Shown: one piece after another, positions 7,984 through 20,133 of the stretch
Layout: the number at the start of each line of letters is the position of its first letter
Numbering within the stretch: the first letter of the stretch is position 1
NCBI GenBank assembly: GCA_965238075.1
Contig: OZ250173.1
Span: 683,145-747,144 of the forward strand
Length of the DNA stretch: 64,000 nucleotides
Direction of reading: 5' to 3'
DNA from: Candidatus Entotheonellaceae bacterium
GTDB lineage: Bacteria; Tectomicrobia; Entotheonellia; Entotheonellales; Entotheonellaceae
Made by a program: the position numbers and the translations under genes
Notes under the pieces: generated by a model
Seen by the model: only the letters and a program-made list of their open reading frames with translations
Databases searched by the model: none
What the model was told of the DNA's origin: nothing

Positions 7984-8580
7984 TCAGAAGGGAAGCGACA
8001 GTCGCGCCAAAACCCCTAGATCGACCGGACCCGTTTGGGCCTCCCGCCTTATTGTCTCCAATGCCAACAAAATGCCAACAACAATGGCAGTGCCTGTCGC
8101 GAGCTCGTCGGCAGGGTCCAAGCGGTGCCCAGGGCCAACTCCCGACCCCGCCCGTCCCAGCGCAACCGGCTGCACGGCGGCAGCAGACCCGGTAAACCCA
8201 GCGCCTGCAGGCCACCTCACTCTCCATCCGGCACTGGGAGCCCATCCCCATCGCCTACATCCCCGCCGGGCGCATGACGGTATCCGCGTTGTCCCACAGC
8301 GTCATGCGACCACCGCCGTCCTGGTCCAGCGAGGACGTCACCGACGCCCTGAACCCGCGCTGCTTCTCACCCGGGTCCCAGCTCGCCTGCACGCCCACTC
8401 CCCATTCCCGGTAGTTGCTCTCATGTGCACCACCAGCACCCGGCCGTGCAGCGCCACGTCTAGTCCACTGTTCGCATCCAGGTACCCAGACGGAAACCGG
8501 GTCTCCACCCCAGCGCCCCCGTCGAAACGCCCGCCGGCCTCCGCACGCGCAGGGATGACCGCGACTTGTGTCAGCCTTTC
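7984..8580 (-). pseudogene. Decayed autotransporter-like outer-membrane beta-barrel C-terminal domain (at least 2 frameshifts, no passenger region)
   Basis: Protein-like pieces lie in three frames: VETRFPSGYLDANSGLDVALHGR; YREWGVGVQASWDPGEKQRGFRASVTSSLDQDGGGRMTLWDNADTV; LATGTAIVVGILLALETIRREAQTGPVDLGVLARLSLPF-stop. The last piece ends in Phe and resembles the L.LE..RRE...G..LR....F/W ending of such barrels as I recall them. Confidence 0.3.
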
Positions 8581-8581
8581 C

Positions 8582-9445
8582 CTAGCGCAGATACGAATCC
8601 TGCCAGCCGGAATAGGCATCCTGCCGGAGCGCCGTCGCCAGCACGTCGCCCGCGGCGACCGGGGTTTTAAGATCGGCGGGGGCGCCGCCGGCCTTGAGGT
8701 GCTTGAGCACGTCGTACACGGCTTGCGCGGCGGCGTAGAACGGGGCGTGGCCTTGCAGGGCGATGCGCACGCGGCGGGGGTTCAGGAAAGGCAGGTCGGA
8801 CCACAGCGCCGCCGGGCTGCCGCCCAGCATTAGCGGCAGGGACGTGGCGGCGTGAATGGCCTCGATTTCCGCGCGTTCGCGGGCGCCGACGATGAAAAAG
8901 GCGTCGACGCCAGTGGCCTGATAGGCTTGCAAGCGGCGGACGGCTTCGTCGATGCCGCCGTGACGCAGGGCGCTGGTGCGGCCGATGATGACCAGCGACG
9001 GATCCTGGCGCGCCGCCACCGCCGCCCGCAGCTTACCAAGCATCTCGGGGATGCTGATCAGCCCCTCCCCCTCGCCGCCAAACGCGGTCGGTAGCAAGGT
9101 GTCCTCGATGGTCAGGGCTGCCACCCCGGCCGTTTCCAACTCCTCGACTGTACGCATGACGTTCAGGGCGTTTCCGTAGCCGTGATCGGCGTCGACCATC
9201 AGGCTGAGCGAGCTGGCGCGCGTGATGCGGCGGATTTGCTCGGCGAACTCGGTCAGGGTGAGCACAACGAGGTCCGGCGCCCCCAGCACCGTGGCCGAGG
9301 CGATGGAGCCCGCCAGCATGCCCACGTCGTAGCCGAGCGATTCGGCCAGACGGGCCGACATGGGATCGAATACCGAAGCCGGGTAGACACAGGCGTCCCC
9401 CGCCAATACCCGCCGATAACGTGCGCGGCGTTCGGACAGCAACAT
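8582..9445 (-). CDS. Isocitrate lyase/PEP mutase superfamily enzyme (oxaloacetate decarboxylase / methylisocitrate-lyase-like)
   Basis: VFDPMSARLAESLGYDVGMLAGS...LMVDADHGYGNALNVMRTVEELETAGVAALTIED... is typical of the ICL/PEPM fold. Confidence 0.85.
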   Translation of the reverse strand: MLLSERRARYRRVLAGDACVYPASVFDPMSARLAESLGYDVGMLAGSIASATVLGAPDLVVLTLTEFAEQIRRITRASSLSLMVDADHGYGNALNVMRTVEELETAGVAALTIEDTLLPTAFGGEGEGLISIPEMLGKLRAAVAARQDPSLVIIGRTSALRHGGIDEAVRRLQAYQATGVDAFFIVGARERAEIEAIHAATSLPLMLGGSPAALWSDLPFLNPRRVRIALQGHAPFYAAAQAVYDVLKHLKAGGAPADLKTPVAAGDVLATALRQDAYSGWQDSYLR

Positions 9446-9466
9446 GGATGGTTTCCTTTCCGGCCG

Positions 9467-9730
9467 CTAGCTTTGGGCCTGCTTCAGTACCTGTTTCGCC
9501 TGTTCTTCCGTCAGGCGGCTCATCTTGGTGGTCAATCGCTCCAACTCTTCCGGCTCGACCTCGGCGTCCAGCCAGGCATCCAGCACCGACTTGCGGATGC
9601 GCCAGAGTCCGTCGGTCTGCTCCCCGGCAACCTCCCCCGATTCGAGCATTTCGTAGATCGCCTCAAGCTTCAACCCGGCATAATCGGCGGCTTGCCAGGG
9701 GGCCAGAAATGCTTCCCGTGATACGCGCAT
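9467..9730 (-). CDS. Excisionase/MerR-type helix-turn-helix DNA-binding protein
   Basis: MRVSREAFLAPWQAADYAGLKLEAIYEMLESGEVAGEQTDGLWRIRKSVLDAWLD fits the HTH_17-type pattern. The start was moved to the internal ATG at 9730, because the longer ORF overlaps the rlmD-like 3' end. Confidence 0.55.
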   Translation of the reverse strand: MRVSREAFLAPWQAADYAGLKLEAIYEMLESGEVAGEQTDGLWRIRKSVLDAWLDAEVEPEELERLTTKMSRLTEEQAKQVLKQAQS

Positions 9731-9810
9731 GCGGTATTCCTTATGAGGTTGTGGGTATGATCCGACGCCGCAACGCAGCCGCTGCGACGCGGCGGGATTG
9801 TAGCACAGCG

Positions 9811-11232
9811 TCACGCCTCGTTCGGCCCGGGCGGTGCGGTGTGGCTGAGGGTGGCCAGGCATTCAACGTGGTAGGTCTGCGGAAACATGTCCAGCGGCTG
9901 CACGCTCTCGGTACGGTAGCCGAGGCCGGCCAGCAAGCGCAGGTCGCGGGCGAGCGTCGGGGGGCTGCACGAGACGTAGGCGAGCCGCGGAACGCGCATC
10001 TTGGCGAGGGCTTCGAGAGCTTGCGGTCGGCAGCCGGCGCGCGGCGGGTCAAGCACGGCGACGCGGGCGCGGATGCCTTGGGCCAGATACCGGTACAGAA
10101 TGCGCTCCACCTTGCCGGTGCGAAATTCGCAATTGGCGATGCCAAGCGTGGCCGCCTGCCGGGCGGCGAGAAGCGTTGCTTGGCGGTTGATCTCGACGGC
10201 GTGTACCACCGCACAGTGCGGCGCCAGGGTCAACGCGATAGAGCCGCCGCCGCTGTAGAGGTCGAGGACGATGTCATCAGGCTGCAGTCGCGCGGCGGTG
10301 CGCACCAAGCCATATAACCGTTCGGTCTGCGCGCTGTTGACCTGGAAAAAGGCTTCCGGTTCGATATGAAACCGTAGGTCGCCGATGCGTTCGTGAATGA
10401 CGGCGCTACCGGCAAGGCGGGTTGTGATGCCGTCGAACACGGCCGGCGTCGTTGTCGCTTTGCGGTGCATCAGTAAGCCGGCAGCCAGGTCGCGCAGGCT
10501 TTCCCAAAGTTGGTGCTGCACCTGCGCCGGTATCTCACGTCGCACGATAACCGTTACCAGCACCTCCCCAGTGCGCTGGCCGACCTGCACCTGGACTTGA
10601 TGCAACACACGCCGCAACGCCGGCTCCCGACCCGCCAAACCGCGCACCCGCGCCATCACCGCGTCGATTCGTGCGTCGCTGATGCGGCACTGCGGCACGT
10701 CGAGCACGGCAGATTTGCCGCGTTCGATCAGTCCGAGGGCGTTGCTGGCCGCGTCGAAATGGTAAAGGGCCTTGTTGCGGTACCCAAACGGTTGCGGACT
10801 CGCCAACGTCGGCAAAACGGGAACTTCGGGCAACTTGCCAATGCGCGTCAGGCAATCGCGCACCTGCTGGGTCTTGTTGTCCAGCTGATCGTCGTACCCG
10901 AGATGCTGCAGGTGGCAGCCGCCACAGCGTTCGTATAGGGGACACGGCGCCGGCACCCGCAGCGGCGACGCCTTCCGCAGTGCCAGAAGTTCCGCAAAGG
11001 CGTGGCGCTTGCGCCGCTCGGTGAGGCGAACGTCAACCACGTCGCCCGGCAGGGTGCGCGGCACGAACACGGCGAGCCCGTCGAGGTGTCCAATCCCTTG
11101 TCCGCCGTGCGCCAAGCGGGTAATCTCCAGGGTGCCCTCGATTGGCTCAGCAGGCGGCAGGTCAGTCGTCGTGCGTGATCGTTGGCGGCGGCGCGGCATG
11201 ACAGACCTCAATGAAGGAAGGATGATCGGCAA
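9811..11232 (-). CDS. rlmD: 23S rRNA (uracil-C5)-methyltransferase, RumA/RlmD family (TRAM plus Fe-S plus SAM MTase)
   Basis: TRAM-like LEITRLAHGGQGIGHLDGLAVFVPRTLPGDVVDV, Cys cluster CPLYERCGGCHLQH, and SAM motif VLDLYSGGGSIAL. The exact start is uncertain. Confidence 0.85.
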   Translation of the reverse strand: MPIILPSLRSVMPRRRQRSRTTTDLPPAEPIEGTLEITRLAHGGQGIGHLDGLAVFVPRTLPGDVVDVRLTERRKRHAFAELLALRKASPLRVPAPCPLYERCGGCHLQHLGYDDQLDNKTQQVRDCLTRIGKLPEVPVLPTLASPQPFGYRNKALYHFDAASNALGLIERGKSAVLDVPQCRISDARIDAVMARVRGLAGREPALRRVLHQVQVQVGQRTGEVLVTVIVRREIPAQVQHQLWESLRDLAAGLLMHRKATTTPAVFDGITTRLAGSAVIHERIGDLRFHIEPEAFFQVNSAQTERLYGLVRTAARLQPDDIVLDLYSGGGSIALTLAPHCAVVHAVEINRQATLLAARQAATLGIANCEFRTGKVERILYRYLAQGIRARVAVLDPPRAGCRPQALEALAKMRVPRLAYVSCSPPTLARDLRLLAGLGYRTESVQPLDMFPQTYHVECLATLSHTAPPGPNEA

Positions 11233-11891
11233 TGTGGCCAGCGGTTCTCACCGTGTCGACGTTTGCCATTGCAATGGCGCACGTCGAAACCATGATCGTT
11301 GTCTACCTGCGGCGCCTGTATTACCCGGAGGGCTTCAGCTTTCCGCTGGTCATCATCGACACGCCGACCCTGCTACTGGAACTCGAACGCGAAGCCGCCA
11401 CCCTCGTCATGCTGGCCGCCTACGGCTTCGCCGCGGGGCGAACCAAAGCGGGCAAACTGGCCAATTTCATCATCGCGTTCGGCGTCTGGGACATCTTCTA
11501 CTACGTGTGGCTTAAGGTGGTGCTCAACTGGCCGGCCTCGCTGCTCACCTGGGACGTGCTCTTCCTCATCCCGGTGCCGTGGGCGGGGCCGGTCATCGCC
11601 CCGATCAGCGTCGCCTGCACCATGATCGGCATGGGGCTGGTGCTGCTGCATCTGGAACAACGCGGCGCCGTGCCAGCAGCGGGGAAGCGCGTCTGGACAG
11701 CCCAGATGGCCGCGTGTCTCATCATCATCGCCTCATTTACGCTCGACGTGCTGCCGCGACTGCCGGACCACGGCGCCCTGCTGAGCGAATGGATTCCCAC
11801 GACTTATCGCTGGTGGATGCTGGCGCTCGGTCAGGCGTTGGCCATTGCGACGTTTGCGGCGTGGGCGCGACGGGCGTATACGACGCTGTAG
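11232..11891 (+). CDS. Integral membrane protein, function unknown
   Basis: About 6 hydrophobic segments and no recognised family. Confidence 0.55.
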   Translation: MWPAVLTVSTFAIAMAHVETMIVVYLRRLYYPEGFSFPLVIIDTPTLLLELEREAATLVMLAAYGFAAGRTKAGKLANFIIAFGVWDIFYYVWLKVVLNWPASLLTWDVLFLIPVPWAGPVIAPISVACTMIGMGLVLLHLEQRGAVPAAGKRVWTAQMAACLIIIASFTLDVLPRLPDHGALLSEWIPTTYRWWMLALGQALAIATFAAWARRAYTTL

Positions 11892-11899
11892 GTTGACGC

Positions 11900-12012
11900 C
11901 GCCAAGGACGAGGGGCGCCCACGAGGGGCGCCCCTACGACGGTGGATGCTGGCGCTCGGCCAGGCGTTGAATGAAGGCGGCCTGTAGGGGCGGGCCTGGT
12001 GCCCGCCCTGCG
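11900..12012. repeat. GC-rich hairpin elements (aggggcgcccacgaggggcgcccct; aggggcgggcctggtgcccgccct) flanked by a 29-bp duplication of the upstream gene's 3' end
   Basis: The palindromic stems were read directly. ggtggatgctggcgctcgg(t/c)caggcgttg occurs at 11822-11850 and at 11941-11969. Confidence 0.7.
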
Positions 12013-12034
12013 GGTGTCCGGCGCACGCGGCGGG

Positions 12035-13879
<1,845 letters not shown>

Positions 13880-13889
13880 GGGGCGTCTC

Positions 13890-15896
<2,007 letters not shown>

Positions 15897-15924
15897 GGCG
15901 GTCTCGGGGCAACGGATGGGAACG

Positions 15925-16020
15925 CCGGAATCGGCGGGCGGGTTTGAGACCCGCCCCTACTGGCCCGGTCTCAGCCCAGGAGAGAGGGTAGGTCGGATTA
16001 GCGCAGCGTCATCCGACAAT
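15925..16020. repeat. Two GC-rich hairpin elements (ggcgggtttgagacccgcc; gtcggattagcgcagcgtcatccgac)
   Basis: Palindromes read directly in the uvrB / transketolase-like convergent gap. Confidence 0.6.
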
Positions 16021-16027
16021 TCGGCTG

Positions 16028-16072
16028 GATCCGGGGTCCCTGGATTCCGGGTCAAGCCCGGAATGACGATTT
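16028..16072 (-). repeat. Repeat family B, short copy B3 (cgtcattccgg...ccggaatccag core, reverse orientation)
   Basis: The reverse complement aatcgtcattccgggcttgacccggaatccagggaccccgg matches the cores at 22668-22752 and 54664-54772. Confidence 0.65.
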
Positions 16073-16149
16073 GGGGGCTCTGAACAGTCTGTTTTCGGCA
16101 TCCCCCATGGCCCCCGTTCAAGCCGGAGGCAGGCCGTGCAGGCTATATA

Positions 16150-16270
16150 GTGGCGATGAAAAAGCGTCCCGGCACGGCCGCCCCCCTGACAAGGGGGGTT
16201 GGGGGGTTCCCGCCTGCACGGGACAATGGGCACCCACAAAGGGCGCCGCTGCGACGGTCGGGGGCGTTGC
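16150..16270 (-). repeat. Repeat family A, copy A1 (reverse orientation, internal hairpin deleted)
   Basis: The reverse complement gcaacgcccccgaccgtcgcagcggcgccctttgtgggtgcccattgtcccgtgcaggcggg..ccccccaaccccccttgtcaggggggc...tttttcatc aligns with A2-A4. Confidence 0.8.
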
Positions 16271-18790
16271 TCAGCCCAGTGCCGCCAGCAATTCGCGCTG
16301 GCCGCCCAGACGCTGCTCGCGCTCGGCGGCGAAGCGCTGGATACCGGCAAAAATGGACTCCGAATCCAGGTGCGCCTCGGCGATGACGTCCGCCTCGGTG
16401 CCGCCGGTCAGCCACTGGTTGTCCCAGTCGGAGGTCAGCGAATACGCATCGGTCATCGGGCCGGCGTCGCGGACGGACCACATGCGCCGGGTGCCGGTGC
16501 TCACCATCATGAGGTCGTAACGCGCCTCGGGCGGCAGCACCGATCGGCGGTAGGCTTCCGGCTGGCGGTCGAACAGATCCTCGCTCACCGCCGCGATGAT
16601 CTTGACGTTGACGCCCGCCGCTTCCAGGCGCGGGATGATCTTGACGAGGTTGACGGTGGAATTGGACCCCTGCGCCACCACATAGCCGTGCCGCGGCTGC
16701 CCCGGCGCGAAATCACGGATGACGTACAGGCCCTTAGCCGCCGCCTTGAGGTCGGTGTCGGCAAACTGGCTGCGGTCGGCGACGGGAAAATCGGGGCGCG
16801 CCACTTCAAGAATGATGACGCCGACTTTCGGGTCGCGGGCGGCGATTTCCGCAGCGGCGAAATAACCCGGCGCCACGTCGTTGTAATCCCAGAAGCTCAG
16901 GTGGATGGCCTGGCCGCGTGGGAACAGCTTCCATACCTGGGGCGCAAAGATACCGAAGTGAGTGCGCGCGTCGGCTGCCGTCTCCGGCCCGGAATGGCCG
17001 GCGAGAATATGCAGCACGCCCATGCGGAAGCGGCTGTCCTGGCTCTGCTGGCTCCATACCCGAGCGGGCAGATACATGAGCGGTGTGAAGGCGCCGTACG
17101 TGCCGCTCAGCGCCCAAAGACCGGCGAATTGGTGCGGGTCCAGACTCGCACTCTGGCTCACCAGCCCGATGGCCGACGAGGCGTTGCCGGCCTCCTGGAT
17201 CGGTGCCTTGAAGCGGGTGCCCAACGGGTTGTCGGCGGCGTGGTAATGGCCCCACAGACTGCCGTGCTCGACGTTGATCGACTCCGACAAGTCGGCGGCC
17301 AGGGTGATGAAGCGGTTGTCAGTCACGTAGTTGACCCACTTGATGATCTCCGAAATCCCCCGCCGCGTGCCGGCCACCTCGCCCGCCTCGCGGAACAGCC
17401 GGATGCCCACTTCTTTCTCGGCCTTGGACAGCGGGTTGTGCACCGTGACGGTCTGCGGCTCGACCGGCAGGTTGCGGACCTGCAGGCGGTCGTCCAGGAA
17501 GGGGTCGCGTTTCGTGTCGATGCGCGTCGGCGTGTCGTCGCGCACCGAATCGCCGATTTCCGCCAGGCGGTCGGCGAGCCAGCCGCCCAGGCCGTTGCGC
17601 TCCAGTACCGACATCACCACGTCGATATTGGTCTTGAACTGGATCAGCCGCTCCCGCGTGTCGCTCACCGCACCGTCCCGGATGCCCTGGAACTCGACGC
17701 CGTAGTACTTCTCGAAGGTCTCGGCAAGGGCGACAAAGTACTCACTGTTCATCTTCATGGCGTAGGGATGGCTGGCGTAGCTGACCAACTGATCGCCGTA
17801 GCCGGGAATCTTGCCCTGCACCGCCGCCGGCCAGTAGCCCTTGACCGTTCTGCCGAGCACGATCATCGGGCGGCGGTCGCTGGCGTCCCAGTCCTCCATG
17901 GTCTTCAGGGCGGCGAGAACCTGGTCGTAGTCGTTACCGTCGTCCAGCGCGAAGACGTTCCAGCCGTAGGACGTCCACTGACCCTCGATTTCGTAGCGGT
18001 CGAACTTGGCGTCGATGACGCCGCCGATCAGGGTGTCGTCGATGCCGGCGTTGTTCAGCGACAGCAGGACGCGCAGGCGCTTGCCGACCTGCATGGCCAC
18101 GGCCTGGGTTTTGAGTTCCTGGGCGTGCCCCTCGGTCATGGCGAATTCGCCCTCGAGGCTCAGAATCTTCAAGCTGTCCGGCGCGCCGATGAAGTTCCAG
18201 AAGGCCGCCTTGCCCGCCGCGGTGGCGATGCCGATACCGGACGGGCCGCCGTTGACGTCGTTGGTCACGTCGGTGGTTTCGGCGTGTCCGGCCAGGGCGC
18301 GAATACCGCGCAGGTTGGCTTGCGCGAAGAGCGGGTGGCTGTCGAGGTCATTGTCCTTCAGGAGGGTCGCCAGGGCGCCGGCGCCGCGCCGAAACCCGAG
18401 GGCGTCAATCGGCAGGATGGCGTCGTTCGGGTCCACGCGGTAGCGGGCGTCGCCGGTGGCGGCGTGCTTGCGGCTGAGCGCCTCGCCCATGATCATCCAC
18501 AAGGCGTAGGAGGTGGGGACGTTGTGCCCGCCGGCCAGCATGAATTTGTCGCAGAATGGGTGCTTGGGGCGGCGGTAATCGTACCGCAAGCCGCCCAGGT
18601 CCGCCCCGGCAAGGTGCAGCGCGACGTTGTACGGCGTGTAGGCCAGCGGCCCGCCAAAATGCCCCGTCTGGGCGTAGTTGCCCATCATCACCAGGGTCAT
18701 GCAGGTCATGAAACCGACATCGTCAAAACGCTCGCGGTCGTACGCCGCGGCCAGTGGCTTGACGGGTGACAGTAAGGTTGTCGTACTCAT
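16271..18790 (-). CDS. Transketolase-family thiamine-diphosphate enzyme (single chain, 839 aa)
   Basis: GHFGGPLAYTPYNVALHL...AGGHNVPTSYAL at the N-terminus gives TPP-binding-type motifs, with pyrimidine-binding and C-terminal domains along the length. It is longer than canonical Tkt. Confidence 0.75.
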   Translation of the reverse strand: MSTTTLLSPVKPLAAAYDRERFDDVGFMTCMTLVMMGNYAQTGHFGGPLAYTPYNVALHLAGADLGGLRYDYRRPKHPFCDKFMLAGGHNVPTSYALWMIMGEALSRKHAATGDARYRVDPNDAILPIDALGFRRGAGALATLLKDNDLDSHPLFAQANLRGIRALAGHAETTDVTNDVNGGPSGIGIATAAGKAAFWNFIGAPDSLKILSLEGEFAMTEGHAQELKTQAVAMQVGKRLRVLLSLNNAGIDDTLIGGVIDAKFDRYEIEGQWTSYGWNVFALDDGNDYDQVLAALKTMEDWDASDRRPMIVLGRTVKGYWPAAVQGKIPGYGDQLVSYASHPYAMKMNSEYFVALAETFEKYYGVEFQGIRDGAVSDTRERLIQFKTNIDVVMSVLERNGLGGWLADRLAEIGDSVRDDTPTRIDTKRDPFLDDRLQVRNLPVEPQTVTVHNPLSKAEKEVGIRLFREAGEVAGTRRGISEIIKWVNYVTDNRFITLAADLSESINVEHGSLWGHYHAADNPLGTRFKAPIQEAGNASSAIGLVSQSASLDPHQFAGLWALSGTYGAFTPLMYLPARVWSQQSQDSRFRMGVLHILAGHSGPETAADARTHFGIFAPQVWKLFPRGQAIHLSFWDYNDVAPGYFAAAEIAARDPKVGVIILEVARPDFPVADRSQFADTDLKAAAKGLYVIRDFAPGQPRHGYVVAQGSNSTVNLVKIIPRLEAAGVNVKIIAAVSEDLFDRQPEAYRRSVLPPEARYDLMMVSTGTRRMWSVRDAGPMTDAYSLTSDWDNQWLTGGTEADVIAEAHLDSESIFAGIQRFAAEREQRLGGQRELLAALG

Positions 18791-18955
18791 AGCTGATCCC
18801 TACCCCTCCTGAATTTGGTGTGTCTCATCCTGCACCCCTGCGGGCCTCGCCGGCGGCCTTGCGCGGATGATAGAAACCGGAAGTGCTTACCATAACATAG
18901 GCCATTGGGCTTGGGTAGTCGCCCGGCCAAGGCCCCGCGCGCCGACGCATGCCGG

Positions 18956-20035
18956 CTACAAAACCGGTTCGCGCAGTTCCGGGATAACCCACATGGGCTG
19001 CCGGCCGGCGGCGACCCGCTGGATGTTGTCGAAGCCGTTACGGAACGCCTTGGTCCAGTTTTCCAGGGTCGGGCCGGCGGTGTGCGGCGTGAAGGTGACG
19101 TTGTCCAAGGCGAACAGTGGGTGATTGGTGGGCGGCGGCTCTTCCACCAATACGTCGAGGCCGGCGGCGGCAATCTGGCCGCTGGTCAGGGCGTGGTGCA
19201 GCGCCTCCTCGTCCACCACGGGGCCGCGGCAGGTATTGATGAAAATGGCGTCGTTCTTCATGGTGGCGAATTCGCGGGCGCCCATCATGTTGCGGGTCTC
19301 CTCGTTCAGCGGCATGTGCAGGCTGACCACGTCCGAGGTGCGCAGCAGTTCGGGGAAGAGCACGTAGCGCACACCAAGGGCGTCTGCCTGGTCCTCGCTG
19401 AGACGGAAGGCATCATAGTACTGCACCCGCATGTCGAAAGCCTGGGCGCGGCGCGCCACCTTCTTGCCGATGGTGCCCAAGCCGACGATGCCAAGCGTCT
19501 TGCCGGCCAACTCGTAGATGCGCAGGTCGGCGAAATCCCCCACCCGCCACTTGCCGTTGACGACGTTGTTGTGGTCGCGGACGACCTGTTTGTACACCGC
19601 GAGGATAAGCATCAGGGTGTGCTCGGCAACGGCCACCGAATTTGAGCCGCCGTTATTGGCCACCGGCACGCGCGCCTGCCGGGCAGCATCCACGTCGAGG
19701 CGGTCGTAACCGGCGCTGATGAGCTGCACGAGCTTCAGATTGGGCGCCGTGTCGTAAAACGTCTGTCCCATGTGCTCGCGCGGAAGTCCCATGAAATAGT
19801 CGGCGTCCTGAATGGCCTGTGCAAAGTTGGGGTCGTCCTGGGCGACGACCTGGAAGTCGAAATCGGCTGGCGCCATGGCGTGCGCGACATCCATGATCGA
19901 GGGCGGGAATGGGGGAGAAAAGACGATTTTGTTTGCCACGGTAATCTCCATACTAGCGGGGGCAATGAACGAGGCGCGGCGAAGTTGGTGTTGGGCCGTG
20001 CGTTTTGCGGTCTCAAATTCCTGTGCGGTGGCCAT
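18956..20035 (-). CDS. D-isomer-specific 2-hydroxyacid dehydrogenase family, NAD-binding
   Basis: GIVGLGTIGKKVARRAQAFDMRVQYYD Rossmann motif, the catalytic region ...INTCRGPVVDEEAL..., and a HTAG-type ending. Confidence 0.85.
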   Translation of the reverse strand: MATAQEFETAKRTAQHQLRRASFIAPASMEITVANKIVFSPPFPPSIMDVAHAMAPADFDFQVVAQDDPNFAQAIQDADYFMGLPREHMGQTFYDTAPNLKLVQLISAGYDRLDVDAARQARVPVANNGGSNSVAVAEHTLMLILAVYKQVVRDHNNVVNGKWRVGDFADLRIYELAGKTLGIVGLGTIGKKVARRAQAFDMRVQYYDAFRLSEDQADALGVRYVLFPELLRTSDVVSLHMPLNEETRNMMGAREFATMKNDAIFINTCRGPVVDEEALHHALTSGQIAAAGLDVLVEEPPPTNHPLFALDNVTFTPHTAGPTLENWTKAFRNGFDNIQRVAAGRQPMWVIPELREPVL

Positions 20036-20133
20036 TATAGCTTCACTCCGATGGCCCGTGCTATAGTCGCCGCACGCCCTGGGACGCCCCGCCGCGGCGC
20101 CCGCAAACGCACCCCATCAAAAGGAGATTTCGC

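Noticed and set aside
7898-8833. A 311-aa plus-strand ORF spanning the gap after the array.
   Set aside because: It is Pro/Arg/Ala-rich with no motifs, and it overlaps the PEP-mutase-family gene in antisense. The region is better explained as a decayed minus-strand beta-barrel remnant.
9467-9730. The excisionase-type HTH gene as a marker of a prophage or integrative element.
   Set aside because: There is no integrase, no att-like repeats and no phage genes nearby, and the flanks are housekeeping (rlmD-like and a PEP-mutase-family gene). I treat it as a stand-alone small DNA-binding protein.
16009-16520. Short ORFs inside repeat family A/B copies giving recurrent peptides (MGTHKG.PYDGRG..., ...GAPLWVPIVPCR...). 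Further examples are 22612..22998 -, 22850..23161 +, 50871..51125 -, 51043..51522 +, 54149..54553 - and 54331..54768 +.
   Set aside because: The similarity is at the DNA level in both orientations and in different frames. The sequences are built from hairpin palindromes, so they are non-coding repeats rather than a protein family.
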